64,000 bases of DNA, from positions 744,001-808,000 of the forward strand of contig JBLDXI010000001.1 in NCBI GenBank assembly GCA_047495785.1, written 5' to 3'. A program made the position numbers and the translations under genes. The DNA comes from Lepidodermella squamata (Eukaryota > Animalia > Gastrotricha). The notes under the pieces were generated by a model. It was not told the origin of the DNA. It was given only the letters and a program-made list of their open reading frames with translations, and made no database searches. Numbering within the stretch: position 1 is the stretch's first letter; each line of letters starts with the position of its first letter. Positions 42,122 through 55,780 of this stretch are shown here, one piece after another.

Positions 42122-43373
42122 TTACGCGCAGAAAGGCGCCTTGTCGCTGGTGTGACCCCAGAAAGAGCCGCGACCCGGATAGTTGATAGACGGGTAGCCA
42201 GCATGCGAGCCATTAGCCTCGTCGCATTTGTCGCATTTGCCATCTTCGAAGGCCTTCTTGTTATCACAAGAGCAGAAGAAAAAGCTGCAGCCCTTCGGAT
42301 TGACGATCGAGTTTGCGTAAAGTTGAGGCGCGCGTTCGTGCGAGCAGCCGAAAAAGGCCGCAACCCAATCTTCAAGAGAGCTGACAATGCCATAAGAGCT
42401 AGCAGGTGAAGATGGGACTGAAGAAAAAAATCAGTTAACATTTATCAATGGAATGTTTAGAAATAACTCACAGCCATTAACGTAAGCGGCATGAGTGCCA
42501 GGCTCAGGTAGGGGAATGTTGCTTGAGCGGGCCGAGCGGCGTTTGCGGGAGAAGCAACCCGGTTGTTTCACAGCACCGTTGGCGAAGAAATCAACGTGAC
42601 CAATCGGGAACTGCAGGCCACACCAGCTAGTGTGGATGACGTCGACAAACTGCGCATCAGTCTTGTCAACACGGGCAGTTGCGTTGTCCTTGTCAAAGTT
42701 CGGCCCAGCCGGGTCGATAGCCGAGAGACGGCCCCAACCGCCACGAGCGAACTTGCCAGCGAAGCCGCAAACGTGAGCACCGAGCGAGAACCCAATGCAA
42801 TGAGCCTTGGTCGAGTCAAACGCTGGATTCTCCTGCAAGAATTTGATGACCAAACGGCCAATGACTCTGGTGTTACTGGCTGGCTGCGAGTAGATTTTCA
42901 AACCCGAGCCGTAGTCAGCACCCTTGCCCCATTCTACGAACATGACGTCAGCACTTGGGCGAACTTGCAACAGGTTATCAATGATCGGCTGGTTCCAGGT
43001 CTAATAATACCGTCATCGGTAATATTGCTTTTTAATTAAAAAAATGAAGTATTATATACCGCAGTATTGGACAAATTGCCGCCAAAGCCATGGGTCAAAA
43101 TGATTAAATCAGCGACATTGACTTGATTCGCGCTCTGAAGAACTTGTTTAGGCTGGCCTGCGCGGAACAGGTGGAAAGTGGGTTCGATATCCTCTGGGTC
43201 CATTGGAAGAGGCATATCGCGGAAAGGATCGTTATTATCGAAGCATCCAATGCCATCATAGCACACACTTTTCGCCTCACTATTTTGATATTAAAATTGT
43301 GAAACGATAGAATGCGCCTCCTTAAAACTTACGCGGCGAGGAAAGCAGCTGCGAGACACAGCAAAATTTTCAT
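42122..43373 (-). CDS. Secreted pancreatic-lipase-family lipase #8 (longest lid)
   Basis: [14 protein letters not shown] signal exon, [25 protein letters not shown] and IDPA. The last exon (42122-42418, not in the ORF track in this frame) encodes [13 protein letters not shown]...KAPFCA-stop. Confidence 0.9.
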
Positions 43374-44678
43374 GGTTATCGCAAAATAAATTCTGGAAAA
43401 ATTATACATATAGCAATTAACCAATTTGGCGTGCTATATAAGTCTCTGATAGAGGTGTGCACTTGAAACGAACGACTCTGAAGGCGGTGTGGTTCTTATT
43501 TTGTAGTTTTTTCTTAGTTTCAGGTACGCACGAGAAACGACCTTGTGCCAAGAAATGGGATTAAAAAGCGATGAACAAACGTTACACGTGAGTAAGAAGT
43601 AGTGTGTCCAATGTCGCGATTCACGTATTTATAGGCCAAATTTCGCCTGCTTATTTTATCTATCGTTCGCAGTTTTATCTATTTCCGGGTGTTTATTTTG
43701 TCCAAAAAGTGTCTTCAGTATCGTTTTTACGCCTTCCGGTACTTGGATTGAACTCCAGTGACCTCGTGGTCTTCTTATCATTTTTTGGCTCAGCTAACGA
43801 AACACGTGAAGTATCCCAAGCAATACATTTATTTCAGCTTTATCTTAAAAAATTAACAATAAGCGACAGGATTGTTATTTCAATTATCGCGATTATTATT
43901 ATTATTATGACGATATACGCAGCCTTTGAACATAGACGTAGACATGAAAAATTCAGTCGTCGGTTTTCACAACAACAAATAATATTTAATAATAATCGAG
44001 TGGCCTCTGTTTTCGGGTCGCAATTGAAAACGTGTTGCGCTTTGGCAGATGGCGGCGGAGAGTTCAGTAGCGCCGCCGCGCTCTCGGTAATTTGTACACT
44101 GAAACAGGTATTTAAAGGCAGATACATGGAGGTTAAATAATTAAAACGCAATCATTAATTTGTTTACACAATAATATGCAAAATTGTTAGGTACGTATGT
44201 AGAAACGGTGGTAAAATAGCGCGCTCGAGAAAACAACAATATAATTTTCGCATATAATTAAATTCAAACGGGCGCAAAATGCGTGTATTTATTTTGCCGT
44301 CATTGTTTTCACGCAAGTCGTCTATAAATTGCCTCGACACGCGTCGTTTTATCCCAGGTGATGAGACAACACAAAATCACAGCGCTCTCGTTTTATATTC
44401 TTTTGGCATTATTTTTCATTCTGAAACTAACAGCGGCGGGCGTCAAAATAACAAGAAAAAAACGTCTGCTAAATAAATTAAGGCAGCGGCCGGTCCGGGT
44501 GAAAGCAGTTCTACACATCATAGAAATTTAAATCGTCGAGAAAAATGCACCTTATCATCATCATCATTGACGGAACAAAAAAAAACATAGAAAAACAAAT
44601 GCTTGTGTTATATAGACATATATCATAATAACGGATGATATTATTATTATAAAATATTAGCCTCATTATTTCATCTCA

Positions 44679-47600
44679 TCAGAACGTCGTCAGGTGAATA
44701 CGCGCGACCGTGTGCAGTTTATCAAGCCACGCCCGTTTCGCGTGGTCGTCGTGGGCTATCAACGCTATTCGCTCACTTGTCGCCGCCGGGCCGTTTTCGG
44801 CCTCATTATTAAGGTGGCTATTGTTGTTGCTGAAGAACGACCGTTTGTGGTGGTCTTTTTTGTCGCCGGCCGACGACGAATCGCCGCTCGGCGTAGCAGG
44901 CGGCGTATTGAGGCGCGTAAACACGCGGAACATGGCCTGCGCTTTCTGCCCGTTGCCACTCGACGACGATGATGATGATGACGAGCCACTCGGCTCGTGA
45001 CCATTTGCGCTGTGCGAGCGATTAGCGCTGCCGAAAATGTCGCGCAGCAGCGACGAGCCTGACGTTGTTTTGTGGCTCGAATTCACCTTGTACATGAAGT
45101 GCGACGGTAATTGGATGTCTTCGATGGCGAGCGAATCGCGCGGCAGCCCCGGCACAAATATGCGATATTCTGGGCTGTGACTCGACGAGCTCGTCGTTTG
45201 TTTCGCTAGCACCAGGCCCGAGTCAAAGAGGAACGCTTGCACTTTGACGCCTTTCGCCGTTTTCAACGGCCCGTCGAAAATTAGCCGGCTAGCCGTTTGT
45301 ATGACAGGGTCTGAATCTGACGTAGACAACTGCCGTTTCACGACCGCTAATTGCGCGTCGCCTGTCAATTTATCGACAGTTTGCAGCAGATGTTCAAATT
45401 TCTTTATCTAAAATTAGGGAAAAAATATATTAATTTAAAGATTAATTTTAAATTAAAGACTGGAAATATGAGATGACCACTAACAAGAGAAAAGTGGGGT
45501 TTGGCGCATTTTCTGTAATTTTCAACAAATGGCAAACAGTATTGACTTGAATAGGGACGATTCTTGGATTCCAAGTTGTTCTTACTCAGTTCTTCTTGAG
45601 GATTCGGAATGTTCAACTTTCAGATCTCCATGAGGCTCCCATCCTCCTTAAAATACAGGAACCTCAAAGTGTCGCCGAAAAGGCTTTTCGAATTAGGTCG
45701 ACGTGGAAGCATCAATATCAAGCAAGATTCCTCACCTCAGATTACCTCAAAAAATCTCGACTGCGAATAAGAAAATAACATCAAATTTTATTGCGCGATT
45801 CTTTAATTGATGCAATAAAAAAACTAAATTTGTTAAGCGCGCATTTTTCAAAATCAGAAATTTTCACCCGAAAACTTTGAAGCCCTTTTTCTCACCTGAT
45901 GACTATCAACCTCTTTCTGATATCGTTCGACACCTTATTCATCGATCTTGAAAGCGGCATCAAAATCTCACGATGTCGAAGATTTCGCCAAACCCCACTT
46001 TTCACTTGTTAACGGTCATATTACAGCTAATATTGCCAATTTTCCGAAAGCGGGGGAACACATTTTCATGAGTTTTGTAAGAAAATATATCTTACCGATT
46101 CAAGTAGAGGTTTTTGATCTGAATGATTCGCATCTGTCCATTTAAGGATATTCCGCACCATAAGCGGGTATTTCGCTAGACGCGCTCGAGGTTTATCGAG
46201 AATTGAGTACAAATCGAGCCGAGATCGCACCGCTGTCCGGCACTCGTTTAGAATGGTCGCAAACTGCTGACTGGTCTGCAGCCGTACGTCGATAAGGCTT
46301 TTCGCGTGAACCAGGCCCGGGCAATAGTTTCTACATGACACATCAAGTGTTTACACGTATGTATAGCTACGCATCAATGAGCTTACTTGTATTTCTCTAA
46401 ATCATCAGCCCAGCGAAGGACGGCATCGCCTATCGGGCCGAACCGGCCATTTTCATCACGCTGACGCATTAAAACACTGACGAGATCTTGATGGCAAATA
46501 CTCAATTCGGCGTAACAGTTAAACACGATTGTGAGTTCGTTTTGCGATAGTAAATTTGCCGATTTCAACTTCTCGTAAAACAAATTTAGCGACAACAAGT
46601 CACCGACTAGCTCTTTTTCTGATTGAATCAGCTCAAATATTGCCTGAAATTAGAAAAAATATACAATTTTCGAAACGCTTGATTGTTAAAATTCAACCTC
46701 TTGCCGTTTGACTTCATTTGTACTGCACATTTTTCTAACTGGACTTTGCACAGTTTCAGACCAGAATGTCAAAGCTTTTTTCGTCAGCAAAGGACCCGTT
46801 ATTGGTTTCCCGGCAACAATCACCGGCCGCTTCATATCCGACGATCGCAAACTCAGCGAGCGCTTTTGGCGAAAAATGTTTAAAAATTATATGTTACTAA
46901 ATCGATAAAGCAACTCACCTGGCATGCTGATTTGAACGCCTTCAAGGATGGCGAAAAGCGGCCGGTTTCTGGCGGCTGGGTATTAGACGGGCAGCGTACA
47001 AGGCTTGAGGAACGCCTGTTAGGCGTTTCGGCAAGTACCATTAAATTATTGTCTGGTTTTTACATTAATTCTATCTATATAAAAGGAAAAACGAAACGTT
47101 CTAAGCCGAGCCGTCATACAAAATGCAGATTAATTGCACTCCTGGCCCACCGTGTGCAATTTAATCAACAAAGATCGATTGCGGTCATATACGATTCGTA
47201 CTAGTCAGCACTTATACTTCAGGGGGCAGTACATATGACGCCGCGGCTAGCCAACAAAGCCGAGGCTTCGCGAGTTCTCCTAATTTGTAAACACGCGCGA
47301 CGTGCAGAGCAAAACAATATTTGTCGATTAAGCATACCTCATCATTATTTATAGTACAAAAAATACACATGCCGTCGTAGAATTTTGTAGAAGAAAACAC
47401 TAATACCCGAGATGAAGGCGGAAATTGAAGAAAGCTGAACACAATGAGCCCGGCTTCATCAAAACTTAGTAAACCATGATATCGGATCGACGCTAGAAGC
47501 TGCAAACAACTCTACGCTTAATCATCTAATCAATCAGTGAAATTGACTGCTTCAAAGTCAAGCAAAAAGTGCTTCATGTTTAATTAAATCGCGTCATCCT

Positions 47601-49322
47601 AATATTCTGCACAGCCCGTGTGATAATCTCTGATTATACCATAATGATACATTCAGATTTCAGTTCTAGAGATTTGCGATCTGGAACTGGAGAGGATTTC
47701 AAGACTCTATGTCAAACATTCATCATTTATGAAACGCTGCAAAACGTAGCAGAGAATAGCTGAAGACTTGAAATATCATTCATGACTTTCTTTAAGGGAT
47801 TTGATTAGCCCAATCTTCATGTGCCATCGTTTAGGTTTAACGCTAATGGGGCATGGGGCTTTAACGTTCGCAATTTATTTGTTCAGTGATGGCTGATAAC
47901 AATCAATAATCGTCCATCAATAGCAATTGGTACGGTTAACTCCTAGAGGTGGAGATAATGGGTCGCCGCGAATCCGATAAGAAGCATTGTTGAGCTATTC
48001 AAGGTGGAAGATTCACCAATAATAGCACCAGCTTTCTTCGCTTCGCTAATGACCGACAGTCGATTGTCTTGAATCATTCTTCCAATGCTCTAGGGTGAAT
48101 TTCAGATCTCAGACCAGATTGCAAAATAACAAGCCGATGTTTAATCAACAAATTGAAACAACTGAGCGCGTGGCACGACGGTAGTCCAATTTAATGTAAT
48201 TCGCCCATATCGCAGCACATCTTCCTTCCCATATCGCAGCCACCGGTAGAGATTTTGCGATACCATACGCCATAGTATTCCACGTTTCTACTTTCGGGAT
48301 GTGACCTCGCAGTTCTTCTTCATAAGGAGTAAGGAGTAATGGATATCAGGCATTCTATGATCGGAAAATTGCCTAAGAAGGTCTGCTATGCTTGGCTGAC
48401 TGTCTCTTTTCTCTTTTACCTTGTAAACTGTATACGATGTGGAATGCGGAATAGAGATACACATGCAACACGCAAGATTTGCAATGCATAGCCTCAGCTA
48501 CAGAAACACCGATAAATATCTATGGCTGATTTCAGAAGCAAGTAAAGAATAGGCAATTTGGAAGACTATGCAAAACATATACTTGGGTAGATATCATGGA
48601 TTAAAAGTATGGATAAAAACCTATCGATATGTGTCAAATGTTTCCGGCGGAATCATGAATCACATCGAACTCTACAGAAACTTTCGAACTATCTAGGATA
48701 AATAACAATTCCGACTCTTTATTTGACACGTATCAGGTAGATGGCGGCTGGAGCACGAAACATGAAACTTGCCGCAATCATCTGCCGGGCAATGCCTATT
48801 AACAATTAACGGTGGCTGATGATGGCAGTTAACAGCCGATTTTTTTTTAACATCCGAAGTTCGTCTTCGTCAAACATTTCGAAAAAGAGCATCGTTGATC
48901 TTCAACATGAAAAAAATGTGTTGCAAAAATTAATAAAATAATAATTATTTACATGTTTATTCAAGATGAATTTATTAGAATTGAGGCATTTGTGCCGCAG
49001 CGAAATCAAGGAATTTTGAAATTTTCTTTCAGCAGGAACGCGCCGGTTCTTTTGGCTAAAGCATTTTTTCTCGGCGGGCCATTAGCGACAAGCTTTAACT
49101 GGGACAACTAAAAACAGACTAATTCTCTTGCGTTAGCAGGTTACTTATCTCTTGGTGTCTTCTTTTTTGTCCTAAAGAACGGCGACTTGCCCCTGTTAAA
49201 GGATTCGGCGAAGTTGATCGCAGAAAGTCTGGCGGCGAATAAAAAAGGAGCATATTGCTTAGTAACTGAGATGTCAAAGGTTGATGACGGGCAGTGACAT
49301 TCATCCAAGAGCCGTCTAGCAT
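44679..49322 (-). CDS. DH-PH RhoGEF, NET1/ARHGEF3-like (5' exon at about 49144-49322 is tentative)
   Basis: The spliced sequence RSLSLRS...FWSETV...EVKRQE|AIFELIQSE and LDLYSILDKPRARLAKYPLMVRNILKWT match the ARHGEF3/NET1 DH domain. The PH domain runs from LIFDGPLK...AFLFDSGLVLA to HAKRAWL. Confidence 0.85.
45473..46019. mobile_element. Degenerate MITE / non-autonomous DNA transposon in a RhoGEF intron
   Basis: An imperfect inverted repeat of about 40 bp (core GAAAAGTGGGGTTTGGCG / CGCCAAACCCCACTTTTC) at about 45473-45513 and 45978-46019 fills an unusually long intron. No clear TSD. Confidence 0.6.
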
Positions 49323-50391
49323 TGAGAAAGGTTTTAGTGAACTGGAAAAGACTCCGCTAGATCCCTAACAGCTGTTTGATCAACCTTAATCTTGCCATTA
49401 CACTTCATTCATTTGATTAATATTTGAATTAATATATTTCTCGTGGAAGAGCAACTTCTAAACCATATGTCAAAATCCTTACTACATGAGAGAATGCGAG
49501 CGTTAATGGCTGGGCGTCTCCTTGAATGTTCAGGTGTGTTATTGAGTCCGGCCGACTGCGCTGTTTCAAAATTCCGAAATCTAGAATATAGACTACGGCA
49601 CAGCCAGTCTCAGCTATCGCGGGCCAGTATTTTTCAACACATAGCCATTAAACTTCCATTTCTCGTAAATACATCGGCCAGTGGATATCTGCACGGCAGC
49701 TTTCCAACCTGCGACTATGAAACCCCCGCGAGTGAGTCACCGCGAATAAATGCTGACTATAAAAATTGCTTGGTTGTTGACTATTTTACAACAATTCATT
49801 TTATTTTGCTATGACTTCACGAAACGAACAGACACATCTGCTCGCCATTCTGATACCTACAACTAATTTCCACGTCGAGCTCTCAACTGTGAGACAATGA
49901 TAATTTTAACTATACAAGGCGCGTTGTAGATAAATAAGGCGCAACTCATCTGCTCCACTGAACTCTACATCTTTCCGCTAAAAATCGTACAAAGCACTTA
50001 TTCCTGCGCGACCCCTGATTCATTAGCTGAGCCCGCCTACAGTTAATAGAACATGTTAATTAATCATTCAACCGCAATTTGCGACTCATTCCGATCCAAG
50101 TTATCACCAGCAATGGTAATTAATTCTTGTTGGGAGCTTTTATTTTTTTCCACATTCATGAATGTGCCCATTTTCAGGAAACATGCAAGAATCTGAATGT
50201 AATACATACCTATGTATTCATCGTCATGACTCTCGCAGAACAAAACATACCGCACAAGCTGGCTCTTAATGTTGACCTTATGCCTCATGTTGTATCAAGA
50301 GGCACCTTGCTAATAAGAAACTACGCGTTTACCCTGATTTAACTTAGTTTTATTTGTTTCAAGTGGACCAATACCCTCAGCTTTGGCAAGA

Positions 50392-51731
50392 ATGTTGGCA
50401 AGAAGATGTTTAGCTTTGAATGCCGCTGTTCTTCTTACTCTCTTCGGTTCAACGTAAGTTTCTGGTGTGTAAATAATTTATGAATTAATCTGGGTTTCGT
50501 ATTTTTTTCAGAAACGGTGGCTTTTTAGAATGGTAAAATCCATGTTGAACTTAGTCACGTATTGATACTTTGTCTCCTCTTTAGGGTGACTAAAAGATTG
50601 AGCCAAGTGCTTCCAGCTACAAAGAGCGACCCGTTATCCAAAATTATGCCTACTGTTCACCTGTTTTCGCGCGACGCAGATGAATCCGACACCAAAAAGA
50701 AATACTGTCAGACAAAGATTGCTTTACCTTAAAATCATTTTTCATATGCGTCTTAATAGGTGGCCACTTCAAATATTATCCAGAATCGATGGCAATGGCC
50801 AGCACGACAGCCGAGTGGCGGCATGAGCAACTAGCCAGAAGCCTATTCGGCAATGGAAGCGAGGAACTTGGCCAAGGCGAGTTAATTGTGATGTCACATG
50901 GTTGGCATGGCAAATTATGCGGCGGTTTCGGCTCCGCATCATGGAGAGCACCTCTCGTCAACAATTTGCTCGACACCGTTGTAAGTGATATATGGCTTGA
51001 TTCTGGCAGTTTTACGCCTCTGTCTACTCTAGCCCAACGCCAAAATTTTGTTCATTGATTGGAAGGATGGTGCGAAGGGCTCTGTTTTTTCGCCGTACTC
51101 ACGGGCAGCATCGAACGCCCGTGTTGTAGGCGCCGCGACGGCTGATTTTGTCGTGAAACTCGCTGGTTTGGCCAAAGCCTCGTTCAACGCAACAAAGCAT
51201 ATCCACTGCATAGGATTCAGCCTCGGAGCTCATGTCTGCTCTTTCTTCTGCAAGCAAATGGCAAATCGCCACAAGCAAATTTGCGGTCATTTGACAGGAT
51301 TAGACGCGGCCGGTGCCCGATTTGAAAACACCCCGTCAACTGAACGACTAGACAAAGATGACGCACTGTTTGTCGACGTTTATCATTCTTCGGAGCTGGG
51401 TATCTCGCACCCTGTCGGGCATGTTGACTTCTACATAAACGACTACACTAAATCAGCCCAGCCCGGATGTGGGTTTACTTTAATGGGGAGTTTTTCAAGA
51501 TGCAGCCACACTTTAGCGGCTCAGTTTTACGCTCGGTCAATTTTGTACGAGAACAACCTGTGTTATCGCACGGACATATGCGCCTGTAATAATGGCGATG
51601 ATGATGATGAGGATGATGAATCCTTCAAAACGGAATGTTCAAAAGAATGTTTGTTAAAAGCCGGTTATTATATCAACTACAGGACCCCGGTGGGCCGTGT
51701 CGATTTATCGCGCGGGAAGCACTGCTGGTGA
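50392..51731 (+). CDS. Secreted pancreatic-lipase-family lipase #9 (divergent subfamily)
   Basis: Signal exon [47 protein letters not shown] and QPGC...CSH. Confidence 0.86.
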
Positions 51732-51976
51732 AACATATATTATTATCATTTTACATAAACGCACGGAAACAGTTGTACTATATACCCGGTCTAATCAAAG
51801 GCTCGCTCAGCGATTTGTTTTGTTTTAAATATGGTTGAAAAAGCAATAAAACGATAAAGGTAAACATTGCGAGATAACGCGCAAATTGATTCCGAATAAC
51901 GCGTGAAAGCTCTCAGCAGGTGACTTTTGCGTTATGGCGAAGAAAATCTTGGAGAATACGCTCATATTATAAAGAA

Positions 51977-54220
51977 ATGAAAAATTCTCTTCTGCTCAGT
52001 ATTTTTGTCGTAGTATGCCAATTTTTCGGCCAGGCTAGTCTGTCTATCGCCCATTTGCCCGGTCCTAGGGGCCATATGTACAATGACTCAAGATGGACAG
52101 ACAAGTCTGCAGAGACGGACGAAGAACGTATTTTGATGCACGTTTTCGGTAACGGCCGATACTTTTCAGATGCGCGGCCTATCGCCCGAGCCGATGGATC
52201 TATCAATGTTTCAATCGGTATGTACCTGACTAGGATTTTGGACGTCAACGAACGGGATCAGGTGCTCACCTCAAACGTGTTAGTTCGTTCTTGAATGACA
52301 TTTTTGCGTAAATAGTAACAGCTATTATGCATTTTAATTAGTTGGATAGACCTGACCTGGGTTGATGAGTACATCAGATGGAACTCGTCCGCGCTGAATA
52401 CTACCCTGAACGAAGTGAGAATTCCAAATAATCTAATTTGGCTGCCAGGTAATTTTCAGACATCATCCTAATGACTCAGGAGTTAATTAAGCTGAACTTC
52501 AACAGACATAGTTTTGTACAACAGGTAATAGGTTACAAACCCAAAGTTATCACGTGTCTAATTTAGTATAATTATTGCAAATAGCGCTGCCGATTTCAAG
52601 AAAACAGTCATCGAAATCCGAGCGATCATTTCATCTACGGGCGATGTTTTCTACTCGTGTCCGGTCAAGCTATACAGGTAAATATTTTCATAAAAAAAAC
52701 CATGTCAATCGCGAATTTTTTCCAGCTCTTGTCACATCGACGTCGATGTTTTCCCGGTAAATTTCCATGCTTTTTAGTATCAAGTACCGCAAATATCTCT
52801 GTTTGAAGTTCGATGAACAAATTTGCCACTTCAAATTCGGAAGGTTGGTTTGCGGTAACATTTTATAGCTGAAGTAAAACGTGTTTTTTGTTGGAATTTC
52901 AAGCTGGACATATAATGGTATGAATTAGCCAATAATTAACGTATTTGCTGATATCATGCACTATCCCGCCAGCTATGCTAATGAATTTGTTCAACCACCG
53001 CGATGATGTGGATACGTCCTTTTTCGTTAAAAATGGCGAATGGGATCTTGTTCGAACCTTGGCGCAGCGAAACGTACGATTTTACTCCTGTTGCACCGAG
53101 CCGTATGTCGTAAGCATTATTTCCACTATTCCGAAGAATGTGTTGAACCTAATTTCTCTTGTCACAGGATGTTACGTTTTACGTAGGTTACGGGTGAAAA
53201 AATCATCAATCAAGTGATTTAGGGCTTTGTTTGAAATAGATATGGATTAAAAGGCGAACCCTTTACTACATGTACACTGTAAGCTCAACGAGTGCCTTGA
53301 TGGAGCTTGATGGTTCGATTTGTTTTCCTTTGTTTCAGGTCTTTTTTCCAACTTTGATCATAGCAACGTTCTCCCTCATGGCGTTTCCGTTACCAGCTGA
53401 ATCTGGCGAGAAATGTATGCTAGGGATAAGCATTATGCTTTCGGCAGCTGGTAAGACACATTGTTTCGAACTAAATTACCAGCATACATAACTATTCAAT
53501 TTTTCAGTGATGATATTTACCATTGCGGACAAATTGCCGGCAACCAGCGAGAAAATTCCCTTAATATCGCTTTATTTGAGCGTACTTTTAGCGATAAGCT
53601 GCGCGTCGTGCTGCGCCACTGTCTTCGTCATGTCCTTACATTTACGTCAACGCCGTCGACTCTTCAAGATGAACGAAAGACCTTCGCGTTCTATGCGTCG
53701 CGTCATAAAAACTTTCATCGCAACACCTCTCATAGATTTTTGCACGTCTTGCGAAAGGTTCCGTGAAATGGACGAAGATAATGCTGCTGACAATAATGGA
53801 AGGAAAGTCGACTCGAAGGAAGAGGTTACTTTTTCAACTGAAAGTCTTCGCCTCAGCAAGCAGCTTAATGGGCTAATAAAGGAGTATTTCGAAACTAAAT
53901 CAGAGGTGGAGGACCTTGAAATTATTGGAAATCCAGAGCTGATCAAGCAAAGGAATACGATTGCATCTCTCCCAAGGCTTGCGAAGCAGATCAGGGCGGA
54001 GGCAAAGGCCCAGGAAACGATCAATGAATGGCAAAAAGTTGCGGCTGCGGTCGATCGGTGCTTGTTCATCCTCTTCATTGTTACCACCCTCGGTTTTACT
54101 GTCGGTATGGGTGTAATGCCTGTGTTCGGGCCGCAAGGGCCTGATTTGAGGCACATCGTTGGAGCTGAAGTTGCCAAAAAACTTGATGCAAATCATGTCT
54201 ACCATCCAAAATCTTCTTGA
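51977..54220 (+). CDS. Nicotinic acetylcholine receptor alpha-type subunit (many micro-exons)
   Basis: ILDVNERDQVLTSNVW, IWLPDIVLYNSA, Cys-loop CHIDVDVFPFDEQIC, FGSWTY, loop C FYSCCTEPY with vicinal cysteines, RRTLYY, PAESGEK (cation-selective) and EWQKVAAAVDR before M4. Confidence 0.92.
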
Positions 54221-54330
54221 GTAGGAAACTTGATTTTATTCTGCTCATGCCCACACTCAGGCATATTTGAATGAAGCTTTCGCAAAAGCCAAAAGTTTTA
54301 TGTATCTCTATTACCTTTGATAACTCAGAT

Positions 54331-55654
54331 ATGCACTGCATCTCAGGCTCCTTCCTAATCGCTGTCCTCTTTTGTTCCGTCAATTATTCGTAAATAAATA
54401 ATGCAACTGATTTTTCTCTATAAATGTCTTTGTTTCTCGTGAACAGGATCGGACAGGTCATCAAACAATGGTATAGCCTTACAATGTCTTTCATTTTTTC
54501 ACTTCTGAGTTTCAATTACAAGATTTAGGTTGGTCAAAGGTATTCTCTCTGCTGTGAAGAAGCCACCAGCCGATTCCATGGCGTTCATCAAGCCGACCTT
54601 ATACTTGTTTACATCGAAATCAACCCACGAAAAATATTGTAATATTTGCTAGCAGCTCGTGGGGCCTAATGATTGAGTCTTTTCGCATAGGCACTTACTT
54701 CGATCATGTTCCAACGGCCCTCCAGTATCCCGGAACGCCACAAAGCAACCTCGAGTTCAGTAGACAGCTCTACGACAAGCCTGGCCGGTATTATATTGTA
54801 GCTCATGGCTGGTTGGGCATGTTTTGCGGGTCTGAAGCGAATATTTGGCGAGCTCCACTCATCAATAACTTGATGAAAGCTATTCAAGTAGGTCTAGTAG
54901 CTGATTTAATTCATTAAGTTGGCTTTCTTTTTTTCTAAAGCCAAATGACAAGGTGATATTTGTTGACTGGAGTAAGGGTGCAAGCAACAGGCTGTTATCG
55001 CCATATTTGAAAGCGGCAGCTAATACGAAATCAATTGGCATAGGTGTCGCTGACTACCTGGCATCTCTAGCCAAGAATTACCGAAACATCAAAATAAGTG
55101 GACAATTTATACACTGCATCGGATTCAGTCTCGGAGCTCACGTTTGCTCGTTCCTCTGCAAGCGAATGAAAGAGATCGGCGCTAAGCAACCTTGCTACCG
55201 TATTTCTGGTCTCGACCCAGCCGGACCGGGTTTCGAACGAGAACTATCACATGGCCGGCTAGATAAAACAGACGCTAACTTTGTTGACGTTTATCACTCA
55301 TCAGAGGTCGGCTTAACGTCTCAAATAGGCCACACAGATTTCTTCTTGAATGATGCTAGAATAGCACAACCTGGCTGCTCCAAGGGTGGTGAAACGGATT
55401 CTCTCAACGCGTGCAGTCACACAGTGGCAGTTCAGTTTTTCGTCAAGTCCATTGCTCAAGGACAGGTGACAAGGCGATCTTCAATCGTCAGCAAAAATAC
55501 GGCTTGCTTCATCGACAAATGCAAATGTAGGACGTACGGTGAAGACTCAGCCTGCCCTCAGAGATGCTTAGTAAAAGTTGGATTTTACGCGAATTCAAAC
55601 CACAGAGAGGGACGAGTTCAGATCAGACGATCAGAGGATTGCTTACATGAATGA
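54331..55654 (+). CDS. Secreted pancreatic-lipase-family lipase #10 (same subfamily as #9)
   Basis: Signal exon [44 protein letters not shown] and QPGC...CSH. Exon layout matches #9. Confidence 0.86.
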
Positions 55655-55780
55655 ATAACAGATTTACTGAAGATAAATATTCAGAATCAATTACAAAAGA
55701 AATTTAAAGCTGAATTAATTCATGAATAAATGTTGCGGAAAAGTGGCAAGTTAGAGCTTTTTAGAGGACATTTGCGGCAG

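Noticed and set aside
43604-44151. Hydrophobic 178-aa and 103-aa ORFs
   Set aside because: They arise from AT-rich and (ATT)n sequence in intergenic or UTR DNA and have non-ATG starts.
47500-49000. Long RhoGEF intron, possibly a TE relic, with a small CCCATATCGCAGC duplication
   Set aside because: No TIR, LTR, TSD or transposase motif is recognisable.
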